From a virus (lineage: Duplodnaviria; Caudoviricetes), in IMG/VR virus record IMGVR_UViG_3300011242_000002, positions 128,001-192,000 of that record: a DNA stretch of 64,000 bases. The stretch is one strand, 5' to 3'. Below the pieces are notes generated by a model. It was not told where the DNA came from and did no database searches. It was given only the letters and a program-made list of their open reading frames with translations. Positions 19,225 to 28,700 of this stretch are shown one piece after another. Each line of letters starts with the position of its first letter. Within the stretch, counting starts at the first letter, position 1. A program made the translations under genes and the position numbers.

Positions 19225-20946
19225 ATGACTGATTTATTAAACAGTGTGTTTAGCACAACCACGACCCTGGCTGCGTCACTGCAGCCAATCCTCCCAGGTG
19301 CCAACGACGTCGTGCGCATCTGGGATATTCGCAACATCTACAAAGGCCCCTCCTTTATTCAGGAGAACGGCTATTACGCCTACGTCCCGAAAGAAGGCGA
19401 CTGGGTGGTTGACAAAGACAACGGCTGGTTCTACGTGGCGCACGTTGGCATGGAAGGGGAAAACCTCTCCACCCTGGTGCCGTGGGAAGCCCCGTCGCGG
19501 GTGGGGGTGGGTGAAGACGACCTGATCCTGCTTGGCGCACCGTCACGCTATACCAGCGAGTTCATCACCTGCGCGATTGACTACTCGCAGATGCCGCCGG
19601 TCATGTCAGTTGACAACCGCATCCAGGCCTACGGCAGCAACGTGGCCTCCGCCAAGGTGTTCCTCAATAACGACATTGGCCCGGATGGCACAGTGGTGAG
19701 CTGCCGCTACGACAACTCCGGCAACATCATCAGTAACGACATGACGCTTGAGCTCGTGAAGTTTAACGACTCACGCAACATTGCCGTACGGGTGCCGCTA
19801 CCCTGCCACTGTTCGCAGAACCTGGCCGACGGGGAAACCCTGACCCTGGTGTTCTACGACAAGAACGGCGGGGCGCTGCTGCCGGTGTATCGTCTGGTGG
19901 TACAGAACACCGCCTTTGTTCGTCGCACGGAGCTTGGGCAGAAGTACGTGAAGAGCGTGCAGCTGCTGTCGCCGTTCTTGAACGGCAGCGACCCTGAGCT
20001 ACTGGAGATTCCGATCTCGATTCGTAACCTGAGTGCTGTGGAGTTTCGTGCCCGCGTCTGGTACAGCGACAACACCTACAAGGACTGGACGGTGGACGGC
20101 GAGCGCGTGGTGTTAAACGGCGCACGGGAATACGTTCCCACCATCGTGGGGCAAGAGGCCAGTCTGACGCTGACCTACTTCCTTAACGATACCGAACAGG
20201 CCGTGTCGGCGAACCCGGGTGAGAAACCGCACATTGACCAGAACTACCGCATTCGCACCACGGAAGCGGTGGGGGCTTACGCACCGAAGCTGTACGGCTA
20301 CCCGGTGTGGGTCAATGCAACAACCGGTTGGAAGATGACCTGGTGGCTGTACAACCTCGATCGTCAGATGGCTTACGACGTGACCAGCAAGGTAGAGCTC
20401 GGTGTGAACTCCCCGGCGTTTGACGGTAAGAACTACGGCGTGGTCCAGCACCTGTCGTACGCCATTACCCTGTCGTCGGTAGACTCGCGCTGGAAATCGT
20501 ACCGTCACGTGCAGAACCTCGACGTGGTCTTGTACGGCGCGCCAAACGCCGCATCTACTACGCCGTGGACCGTGGGCTTTGATCCGGGGCAAACACCGTT
20601 GTATGGCCCGAGCCTGGTATGTAAGATCACCGCGACCGCGTCCAACACCCGCACCGTGAAAATCGACAGCGGGATTAAGACCTACACCGAGTGGCTGGAA
20701 GCGCTGTTCTACAACACCCGTCCGCTGCGCGCCGTGGCGTCGGAATCGAAAGCGCCGGCACCGACCCACTTTGAGATCTACATCGACTCCTCGCGCGTCT
20801 ACCGTTATCCGGTTACCCAGTGGAATGCCTCACTGGTGCTGAACACGGTAATCACCGCCGGGCAGAACGTGTACATCAAGTGGCTGAAGACCGATGCCGG
20901 CAGCGTCGAGCTGCAGCTGGGCATCTCTGCACTGGTGGTGGCATAA
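19225..20946 (+). CDS. Conserved virion/baseplate protein (phiKZ gp26 position)
   Basis: 573-aa beta-rich protein immediately upstream of terminase. Confidence 0.65.
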   Translation: MTDLLNSVFSTTTTLAASLQPILPGANDVVRIWDIRNIYKGPSFIQENGYYAYVPKEGDWVVDKDNGWFYVAHVGMEGENLSTLVPWEAPSRVGVGEDDLILLGAPSRYTSEFITCAIDYSQMPPVMSVDNRIQAYGSNVASAKVFLNNDIGPDGTVVSCRYDNSGNIISNDMTLELVKFNDSRNIAVRVPLPCHCSQNLADGETLTLVFYDKNGGALLPVYRLVVQNTAFVRRTELGQKYVKSVQLLSPFLNGSDPELLEIPISIRNLSAVEFRARVWYSDNTYKDWTVDGERVVLNGAREYVPTIVGQEASLTLTYFLNDTEQAVSANPGEKPHIDQNYRIRTTEAVGAYAPKLYGYPVWVNATTGWKMTWWLYNLDRQMAYDVTSKVELGVNSPAFDGKNYGVVQHLSYAITLSSVDSRWKSYRHVQNLDVVLYGAPNAASTTPWTVGFDPGQTPLYGPSLVCKITATASNTRTVKIDSGIKTYTEWLEALFYNTRPLRAVASESKAPAPTHFEIYIDSSRVYRYPVTQWNASLVLNTVITAGQNVYIKWLKTDAGSVELQLGISALVVA

Positions 20947-21009
20947 TCCTTGTACGGGGTTCAGGGGGTCACACCCCTGAATCCGTACTGTTTTTAAGGA
21001 ACGTGTTTT

Positions 21010-23190
21010 ATGATACTGTATGGGAATGACTGGTGTAAGTACCGTGTTATGCCACACGTACACTATGAAACCAAAAACGACAGCTTCCTCAAGATTGCCA
21101 AGAAGCTGCACGACATGGGGGTCAAGAACTGTCTGTTCATGCTCTCCTTGTTTAACAAGTCACTGATCGACGTTGACCCCTACGACCCGAACTTGACCGA
21201 TGAACAGAAGCAGGCGATCGCCATTGAGTGCAGCATCAACTTCTGGTACTTCATCCGTGAAGTCATCCGTATTCGTGTCCCTGGTCAGGCGGAAGGTATT
21301 CGCTACATCGCCAACCGTGGCAACATGGCGTTGAGCTGGCTGTACCTGGCACACATCGACGTCTTCCTGATCCAGCCGCGTCAGACCGGGAAGTCAGTAT
21401 CGACGGACTGCATCATGCTGTGGCTGATGTACTTCGGCAGCCGGCAGAACAACATCTCCCTGATCACTAAGGGCGACCTGCGGACTGAGAACATCAAGCG
21501 TCTAAAAGCGATGCGTGACTTCCTGCCAGGCTATCTGATCGTGCGTGACCGTAAAGACCCGGATAACTCCGAGTGGCTGGGCTACGCCGCGTTGAAAAAC
21601 GTCTATAAGGCCGCGATTGCCCAAGGTAACGAAACCGCAGCCAACAACCTGGGGCGTGGTATTACCACGGCCACCATCCACATCGATGAAGGCCCGTTCC
21701 TGTCGTTTGTTGACATCACCATTCCGGCGGCGCTTAACGCCACGACAACCGCGCGCCGCTATGCTGAGATGAACCAGACGCCACACGGCAACATCTTTAC
21801 CACCACGGCCGGTCGTCGTGACTCCCGTGAAGGTAAGTACTTCTACGGTATTCTGCAGGACGCGGCAGTGTGGAACGAAATGTTCTACGACTGTGTCGAT
21901 TTCAAAGACCTGTCGGAAACCATCATGAACAACTCCGGCTCCGAGGCGCCGTCGGTGAACATCACCATGTCGCACCGCCAGCTGGGGTACACGGACGAAT
22001 GGTTGCGTAAAACCATCGCCCAGAACAAGAACGACAAGGAGTCGGCAGAACGTGACTTCCTCAACCGCTGGACTTCAGGTAACCTGACGTCTCCTCTGTC
22101 GATTGCGCTTAACGAAAAGATCAACGCCTCGCAGCGTGAAGTGGTGTACACCGAAATCACCAAGCAGAAGTACATCGTGCGCTGGTACATCTCGAAGGGG
22201 GATATTGACTACAACCGTACGCATACCCACTACACCATCGGGATGGATACCTCGGATGCCACCTCAACCGGGGACAGCAACACCATCGTCATTCGCGATA
22301 TTCGCGACATGGGGGTGGTGGCGACCATGAACTTCCGCAACACCAACACGATCAACATCCAGAACATGGTCGCTGATCTGCTGGAGCAGCACCCGAACTC
22401 CACGTTCATTCCTGAACGTAACCGGGCTCAGTCGTTGATTGACCATCTGCTGATTGAACTGCCGCGTCGTGGTATTGATCCGTTTAAGCGCATCTATAAC
22501 ACGCTGGTTGACGATCAGACGGTACGTCGCTCCGACTTCATGGAGTTGATCAACACGCCGCTCGGTGCGCGCACGCAGGAGTTCTACGACTCCAAGCGCA
22601 CCTGCTTTGGTTTCTGGACCGGCGCCCAGTCGCGTCCAATTCTTTACGGTCGTATTCTGCAGGAGTGTGCGAAGCACACCGGCTACGTCACCCGCGATAA
22701 GGAACTCATTGATCAGATCATGGGTCTGGTGGCAAAGAACGGCCGCGTGGACCACAAGTCCGGTGGACACGACGACCTGGTCATCGCCTGGCTGCTAGGC
22801 TACTGGTTCATTACCGATGCCCGCCATCACGACTGGTACGGTATTGACACCCGGAAGGTTATGTGTGTCACCGAACAGGCACAGGGTTACTCCATTGAGG
22901 AGCAGGCGTGGCTGGACTACCAGGCCCGCATGCGTGACGAACTCACCAGCGTGATGGAGCAGCTGAAGAACAGCACCAACCCAATGATCATCAGCCGGTT
23001 GGAGCAGCAGCTGCGTAACCTGAAAACCCAGATCGTCGATATGGGTAATGATGCTATGACGGTAGATCAGTTGTTACTGGAAGCGAAAGAGGCACGTCAG
23101 CTGAAAGCGCGCACCGGTCGTCAACTGACCCCGCCGCAAAACATCGGCGCCCGACCCAAGTCGCGGCGCTTTAACCACGTGTACTATTAA
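21010..23190 (+). CDS. terL: Terminase large subunit
   Basis: Walker A PRQTGKS, Walker B IHIDE, coupling motif TTTA, nuclease motifs IGMD and GHDDLVIA. Confidence 0.93.
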   Translation: MILYGNDWCKYRVMPHVHYETKNDSFLKIAKKLHDMGVKNCLFMLSLFNKSLIDVDPYDPNLTDEQKQAIAIECSINFWYFIREVIRIRVPGQAEGIRYIANRGNMALSWLYLAHIDVFLIQPRQTGKSVSTDCIMLWLMYFGSRQNNISLITKGDLRTENIKRLKAMRDFLPGYLIVRDRKDPDNSEWLGYAALKNVYKAAIAQGNETAANNLGRGITTATIHIDEGPFLSFVDITIPAALNATTTARRYAEMNQTPHGNIFTTTAGRRDSREGKYFYGILQDAAVWNEMFYDCVDFKDLSETIMNNSGSEAPSVNITMSHRQLGYTDEWLRKTIAQNKNDKESAERDFLNRWTSGNLTSPLSIALNEKINASQREVVYTEITKQKYIVRWYISKGDIDYNRTHTHYTIGMDTSDATSTGDSNTIVIRDIRDMGVVATMNFRNTNTINIQNMVADLLEQHPNSTFIPERNRAQSLIDHLLIELPRRGIDPFKRIYNTLVDDQTVRRSDFMELINTPLGARTQEFYDSKRTCFGFWTGAQSRPILYGRILQECAKHTGYVTRDKELIDQIMGLVAKNGRVDHKSGGHDDLVIAWLLGYWFITDARHHDWYGIDTRKVMCVTEQAQGYSIEEQAWLDYQARMRDELTSVMEQLKNSTNPMIISRLEQQLRNLKTQIVDMGNDAMTVDQLLLEAKEARQLKARTGRQLTPPQNIGARPKSRRFNHVYY

Positions 23191-23257
23191 TCAGTATTGT
23201 GTGACATAAGTCAATAACCCTATAGACTCGTGTCACACTTTATTCTCAAAGAGGTAG

Positions 23258-23554
23258 ATGATGAAAGATAATGAATTTCGCATCCTTACCGATCTGCTTC
23301 GGCGTTATGAAACCGAAGTCCCGCCCGGGATGGTAACCCCGCTGGGCGTTGATCTGGTAGAGCGAATCGTTCACAAGGTGCGTAACATGGTTAGCCTGGC
23401 ACCGGGCGTTGCAGACGTGCAGTTCCTTCATGCAATGGAAAACATTGGTTACCCAATGCTTCCCCTGCAGCAGGATCTGGTGTCCGTGCACCTGTACGGG
23501 ATCAACACCAGCAAAGGCTTCATCCACGTTCCCACCACCGGCGTTGCTGCATGA
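23258..23554 (+). CDS. Hypothetical protein
   Basis: GAGGT RBS; 98 aa. Confidence 0.6.
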   Translation: MMKDNEFRILTDLLRRYETEVPPGMVTPLGVDLVERIVHKVRNMVSLAPGVADVQFLHAMENIGYPMLPLQQDLVSVHLYGINTSKGFIHVPTTGVAA

Positions 23555-23569
23555 TCTTTTTTAAACCAA

Positions 23570-23609
23570 CATAAAGGAGAGGAGCTTGCGCCCCTCTCCT
23601 TTTATGCCG
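23570..23609. terminator. Bidirectional terminator with TTATGCCG
   Basis: AAGGAGAGG...CCTCTCCTT stem between convergent genes. Confidence 0.75.
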
Positions 23610-23614
23610 ATTTA

Positions 23615-24580
23615 TTATTTAAACGATTTAATGATCCATTCTTCCAGACCACGCGCAATACCGATGAGCTGGGTGTGGATTCTGTAGCCGTAATGACCGA
23701 GATTGCCGTTCACGATCTCGGCGTAACCCCACTCCCATATAGCGTCGGCATCATCACCAAACTTATCAAAGTAATCCCACAGCCCGACGTTATGCCACAC
23801 GTCTTCGGTGAGTTCATCAACGTCGGTTGCTTTGGCAAGTAATGACTTGATCAGCGCGACCGCTTTACCGTATTCATCCTTGGTCAATGCCGGTAACTTA
23901 CCGCCTTTCTTATCTTCTTTATCCAACTTAATATTGGCGCAGGGTTCGGTCCAGACGTCACGGCCATATTTAGCTCTGAGTTGCTCAACGATACCTTCAC
24001 GTTCCTCACGATCGGGTTCGTCACCCCAGCGACGGATGTAGGGTTCGATCTCTTTCCACAGTTTAATGTGGTCAGCAGTCGCTTTCTTAAATTCGGTGAC
24101 TACCTCATTGAAGTATTTCTCCAGCGCTTTACTGACCGTAGCGAAGTCTTTGCCCTCGAAGAGTTTGGAGATCATGCCGTTGCTTACTTCTTTCTCAACG
24201 GATTCTTTGCCGTTAAGCCAGGCTGCGGTGTAGGTGCTGTTGACCTTTTGCTCGGCCACCTTGATGTCTTTCAACGCCGGGCTGTTCTTGGCCAGCATCA
24301 GTTTCTTAAAGCCGACGTAGCCCGCCGTGGCTAAAGCTGCCACACCGACGATGGCGAGACCGATGGCTTCGTTACCCACACCCGGCTGCACGTGTTTGCC
24401 GTAGCGAGCTTCCAGCCCTCGCATGATCAGCTGATGGGCGGGATTTTCTGCCAAGGCTTCCACCCCGACACCTTCGATCTGCTTAGAGTAGGCCGTTAGC
24501 AAATCACGGTCCTGTTTAAGCCGGCGACCTTCGTGTACAAAGTTGACGAAGGCTTGCGGCTCCTTATCAAAAATAGACAT
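23615..24580 (-). CDS. Protease-processed head protein paralog with a transmembrane-like segment
   Basis: GVE, GLE and GNE sites in the N-terminal region, followed by AIGLAIVGVAALATAGYVGF; C-terminal LEEWIIKSFK matches the paralogs. Confidence 0.7.
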   Translation of the reverse strand: MSIFDKEPQAFVNFVHEGRRLKQDRDLLTAYSKQIEGVGVEALAENPAHQLIMRGLEARYGKHVQPGVGNEAIGLAIVGVAALATAGYVGFKKLMLAKNSPALKDIKVAEQKVNSTYTAAWLNGKESVEKEVSNGMISKLFEGKDFATVSKALEKYFNEVVTEFKKATADHIKLWKEIEPYIRRWGDEPDREEREGIVEQLRAKYGRDVWTEPCANIKLDKEDKKGGKLPALTKDEYGKAVALIKSLLAKATDVDELTEDVWHNVGLWDYFDKFGDDADAIWEWGYAEIVNGNLGHYGYRIHTQLIGIARGLEEWIIKSFK

Positions 24581-24729
24581 GTTGAATCCTTAATCCAGTT
24601 TACGGAGCATGCGGAAATACCAGTATTTAAGTGCACGTGCTTTAGACATAAGATGCCTCCGGTAGGGTACGTTATTATGGTGTACGGTGGCATAAGGGCA
24701 GGGGGGTACCCTGCCGCTTACGTTACAAC

Positions 24730-25707
24730 TTACTTCAGCGCGGTGATGATCATCTTTTCCATTTGAACCAACACATTTTTCATGAAGTCGGCACATTTGG
24801 CATACAGCTCTTCACCACCTCCCAAGACCGCTTCCCAATGCAGGCAATGATAATAAAGTTTATCAACCTCATTAAGCTCGACAATCCCGAGATGGTCTAG
24901 ATCGGAATCACCAACGGCATCAAGATACGGCTCTTCAAAATCAATAAGCTCGTTATAGTACCAGTTAACGATACGCGCCATCTCATCCCCGATGGCAACG
25001 CACTGTTCCTTAGAGAGCTTAATATCAGCGGCGCCGTTGCCGGGTTTGATTTCCACACGAGTGTTTAAGCTATCCAATTTAGGTCTCAGGATAGCAAACT
25101 GCTCAGCCGCGTATTTCTTCAGCGCCTCGTCGTCGTCACCGAGTTTATTTAACTGATCCACCACTTTGTGGGTCTCGGTGATGTACGCTTTGATGTTTTT
25201 GGCGTAATCATTGATGGCGACGTCGTACAGCTTGAAAGCTGCAGCTGGGGTGGAGGACACCTCTTCCGCAGACTTAACGTCGCCGACAACTTTAGCCAGT
25301 TCAACGGTACTAACTGATTTGCCTGTCTCATCCTTGTCAGAATACCAGCTGCGGTTACCGTAGGTTTTCTTGATTGCGCTTTCCAGATCAACAGCCGCCT
25401 TTTTAAGCTCGGCCGGCAGTTTACCCTTGAAGCGTTTCTTTAATCCACTGATCCCGGTCTTCAGTTTATCAACAAGCTCGCGTAAGCCTTCGATACCTGA
25501 ACCCACCTTGAAATGATCCGGATAACGAGTGGAAAGACCGCTTTCGATTAACGCACCTGATACGGTATTTAGTGACTCCACCCCACAGCCGTTGGCGTGA
25601 ACTAAAAACCGTTCAATAAGATCAACGTCCGCCTGGAGTGATTCTACTCCGCCAGAGGCTGAGATGATGATTCCCAGTTTTTCTAACTCATGGTTCATTT
25701 CAACCAC
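24730..25707 (-). CDS. Protease-processed head protein paralog
   Basis: HANGCGVES...GL..RYP..F..GSGIEG propeptide; MEKMIITALK C-terminus. Confidence 0.75.
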   Translation of the reverse strand: MVEMNHELEKLGIIISASGGVESLQADVDLIERFLVHANGCGVESLNTVSGALIESGLSTRYPDHFKVGSGIEGLRELVDKLKTGISGLKKRFKGKLPAELKKAAVDLESAIKKTYGNRSWYSDKDETGKSVSTVELAKVVGDVKSAEEVSSTPAAAFKLYDVAINDYAKNIKAYITETHKVVDQLNKLGDDDEALKKYAAEQFAILRPKLDSLNTRVEIKPGNGAADIKLSKEQCVAIGDEMARIVNWYYNELIDFEEPYLDAVGDSDLDHLGIVELNEVDKLYYHCLHWEAVLGGGEELYAKCADFMKNVLVQMEKMIITALK

Positions 25708-25710
25708 CTT

Positions 25711-26685
25711 TTACTTCAATGCGGTGATGATCATCTTTTCCATGGCGATCACGGTTGGGCGAATCAGCTTACCAGCCTCGGCCAGCAGCTGCTCGTTCGT
25801 CCCGAGCACGGCTTCCCAGCACAGGTAGTTCCAGAACAGGGTCGCGAACGCCTTGTTCTCTTCTGCGCCTTCGATGCTGTTCAGCGTGGACTGACCCATT
25901 GCTGCGTCAAGGGCTGGATCGGCTTTCAGCATCTGGTTTTTGATCCAGTTCGGAATACGGGCCATCTCTTTACCGATCGCCACACACTGGTCTTTAGTCA
26001 GTTTAGCATCGGCGACACCCTGACCGGCACTAATGTCAACCGGCACGTACTTCAGCTTCTCGTGCAGCGGCTTAAAGATTTCAATCTGTTCGTTAGCAAA
26101 CTTGGTCAGCGCTTCGCTATCACCGGCCAGCGCTTTCGCCTTCTTCACGACCTCGTGCGTTTTCGGGATGTACGCGTTGACTTCTTTCAGGTTGCTGTTC
26201 AGCGCGGCATCGTATTTCTTGAACGCGGCGGATACGGCAGAAACCACGTCGCTACCGGACTTGATGTCACCCACGATCTTGGCCAGCTCAGCGGTGCTAA
26301 CCGGCTTATCGGTTTCGTCCTTGTCGGCGAACCAGCCTGGGTTGCCGTAGGTTTTCTTGATGGCGTTTTCGAGGTCGCCCGTTGCTTTAACGAGCTCCGC
26401 AGGCAGCTTGCCCTTAAAGCGCTTCTTAAGACCGTCGAGGCCTTTCTTCAGCACCCCTACCAGCTCCTGCAAACCTTCCAGGCCGCTGCCGGCTTTGAAG
26501 TGGGTTGGATAGCGGGCTTCCAGACCAAGCTCAATCAGCTGACCGGACGGAGTATCTAAAGACTCCAGACCACAACCGTTGGCATGGGTCAGGAACTGCT
26601 CGATGAGTGAAATGTCAGTCTGGAGCGATTCCATGCTGGCGCTAACGGTGCTGACAAGTTCAAACTGGGATAATTCGTGTTGCAT
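25711..26685 (-). CDS. Protease-processed head protein paralog
   Basis: HANGCGLES...GLEARYP...GSGLEG; closest to 24730-25707. Confidence 0.75.
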   Translation of the reverse strand: MQHELSQFELVSTVSASMESLQTDISLIEQFLTHANGCGLESLDTPSGQLIELGLEARYPTHFKAGSGLEGLQELVGVLKKGLDGLKKRFKGKLPAELVKATGDLENAIKKTYGNPGWFADKDETDKPVSTAELAKIVGDIKSGSDVVSAVSAAFKKYDAALNSNLKEVNAYIPKTHEVVKKAKALAGDSEALTKFANEQIEIFKPLHEKLKYVPVDISAGQGVADAKLTKDQCVAIGKEMARIPNWIKNQMLKADPALDAAMGQSTLNSIEGAEENKAFATLFWNYLCWEAVLGTNEQLLAEAGKLIRPTVIAMEKMIITALK

Positions 26686-26696
26686 GATGACCTCTA

Positions 26697-27716
26697 TTAA
26701 TAAGCTTTGGTGGTAACCGTGGTGCTGCTACGTACGTAGTCGTCACCACTAAAAGTTGTTTCCAGGTAATCCACACCACCTGGAATAACGATGCGCGCAC
26801 CCACGTAACCATTGGCACGGGCGACAGTGCGAACGAACTCACGCATGGACTGCAAGTTTTCGGCGGTGCGGTATTCGGGTAGCAGATAGAGTTCTTCGAC
26901 CACCATAACCTTCATGCGGCCGTCAATGCTGTCCTGGAACGACATCACACCTACAATCCCGCGCATGCACTGACCCAGCATAATGTTGCGGTCCATCACG
27001 GCACCCCGGGCCTTAATCACCCCGGGGATGTTCAGCGTTTTCCTGTCTGCTTCCAAACGCTCCATGTCCGCATACTGCAGCAGGGTGATAGCCGCACGGG
27101 TTAGCTGACGGGATTTGGCAAGTCCTTTAGGCGAGTGGGCTGACCACTGCAGCGTTGACGCCACGGTGTTAGCAAACTCAAACACCGCACCCCAGTCGAC
27201 CACGCCGAGCTTATCGTTCTCGGCATTGGTTTTCGCGATGATCTCCGCCATCCCTTCTAACCCACCGGCCAGATGCTCCAGCGATGCCAGGCTATTATCT
27301 TTAAGACGGTCCGGGTAGAGCTCGTTCAGATCGGCAACCAGCTCCAGGTGACCCGGGTGATCATTCAGGGCTTCATTCCCTTCACTCATCAGCTGCACGT
27401 GAGTGCGGATAGCTTGGGCACGTTCACGCGACTCAACCTCAAGGTCAAGCATCTGCGCGTGCTGCAGCTCGGCACCGGTCATCGGCGCTGCAATATCTTT
27501 ATCCATCGCCTTCAGTAAACTGCCCAGGCCTTCGATGCCAGCGTCAAGGGTAAAGAGGTCGGGGTACTTCTCAGCCATCTCGGCAGCGATCTCAACGGCA
27601 GGGGTGGTGCTTAATGTTTCCAAGCCACACCCCTGGGCATCGGTCATGAACTGACGCAGCTTTTCAGCATCGTCAATCATCTGCTGGCTTTTAACGTAGG
27701 GTGACATTCCGGTCAT
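26697..27716 (-). CDS. Head-propeptide-bearing protein with a C-terminal GNAT acetyltransferase-like domain
   Basis: Two propeptide units, then GIVGVMSF...VEELYLLPEYR...ARANGY..ARI, a GNAT motif A/B pattern. Confidence 0.65.
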   Translation of the reverse strand: MTGMSPYVKSQQMIDDAEKLRQFMTDAQGCGLETLSTTPAVEIAAEMAEKYPDLFTLDAGIEGLGSLLKAMDKDIAAPMTGAELQHAQMLDLEVESRERAQAIRTHVQLMSEGNEALNDHPGHLELVADLNELYPDRLKDNSLASLEHLAGGLEGMAEIIAKTNAENDKLGVVDWGAVFEFANTVASTLQWSAHSPKGLAKSRQLTRAAITLLQYADMERLEADRKTLNIPGVIKARGAVMDRNIMLGQCMRGIVGVMSFQDSIDGRMKVMVVEELYLLPEYRTAENLQSMREFVRTVARANGYVGARIVIPGGVDYLETTFSGDDYVRSSTTVTTKAY

Positions 27717-27725
27717 GGCGCGACC

Positions 27726-28697
27726 TCATTTAACGGAGTTAACGATAAGCTTCTCAAGCTCTTTGACCGCCTGCACGCAGTAGTCGGCTGCGCGTTTAGC
27801 GCTGCGATCAACCGGCATGTAGTAGTCTTCCCAGAACGTGCGAATCCAAACCTCTCTTTGCAGGTCTTTGTTCTCGATATCGTCGTAGGCACCTGCATCA
27901 GAGATGCCGCAGTCCTCGATCACGTCTGACGCATTATTGGCCAGGTGTACGCAACGGGCCATCACTTCTTTAAGCAACTTGCCGATAGCCTGTGCCTGCT
28001 CCACGGTCAACCCGTCGATGGTTTCGCCTTTGCCGCCGCCAAGCTTAGGCAGCTCTTCATCGAAGGCCTGACTGGCGCGTTTTGGTAGCGCGGTAACAAT
28101 GTCGCTGATCAGTTTATCAACGCCATCCTCTTTTACCTTTAATGCACGCTTATAGAACGGTTCGGCTTTACCCCAATAAGCGTTAACGTTGCTGATGATC
28201 TTTTTCATGTGATCATCCACAGTTTTCAACAACGCTTTTACCTGACGATCCACATCGGCGTAGCTGTTGATGTCACCGACCAGATTGGCCAGTGAGGCCA
28301 CGGAAACCGGTTTGCCAATAGCGGACTTGTCTTTATACCAGTTGCTGTTGGCATAGGTGTTGTTAATTTCGGTGGCGGTTTCATGGGCAATTTTGTCAAT
28401 GAACGGTTTGGCTTTCCCGCGCGCCATTTTCTTCAGGCCCTGGATCCCCTGCTTGAGCTTGTCAGCCAATGCGCCCAACCCTTCCAGACCGTCACCGACG
28501 TTGAAATAGCCAGGATAGCGGGCAGCCAGGCCGGTCTCGATCAGCTTGCCGGTGGCGGTGTCAAGCGACTCCAACCCGCAGCCGTTGGCATGGGCGATAA
28601 ACTGGGTCAACAGCTCAACGTCTTTTTCAAGGCCTTCAAGGGCGTGACCGAGGAACATGTTGTCAACAGCGGTGGTGTTAATTAAAGACATAATCAA
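27726..28697 (-). CDS. Protease-processed head protein paralog
   Basis: ALEGLE, HANGCGLES, GL.ARYP, GDGLEG; LEKLIVNSVK C-terminus. Confidence 0.75.
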   Translation of the reverse strand: MIMSLINTTAVDNMFLGHALEGLEKDVELLTQFIAHANGCGLESLDTATGKLIETGLAARYPGYFNVGDGLEGLGALADKLKQGIQGLKKMARGKAKPFIDKIAHETATEINNTYANSNWYKDKSAIGKPVSVASLANLVGDINSYADVDRQVKALLKTVDDHMKKIISNVNAYWGKAEPFYKRALKVKEDGVDKLISDIVTALPKRASQAFDEELPKLGGGKGETIDGLTVEQAQAIGKLLKEVMARCVHLANNASDVIEDCGISDAGAYDDIENKDLQREVWIRTFWEDYYMPVDRSAKRAADYCVQAVKELEKLIVNSVK

Positions 28698-28700
28698 TCC

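Noticed and set aside
21010-23190. Intein or intron in terminase (also considered for the RNAP and DNA polymerase genes)
   Set aside because: Continuous frames of ordinary size with no intein or homing endonuclease motifs seen.
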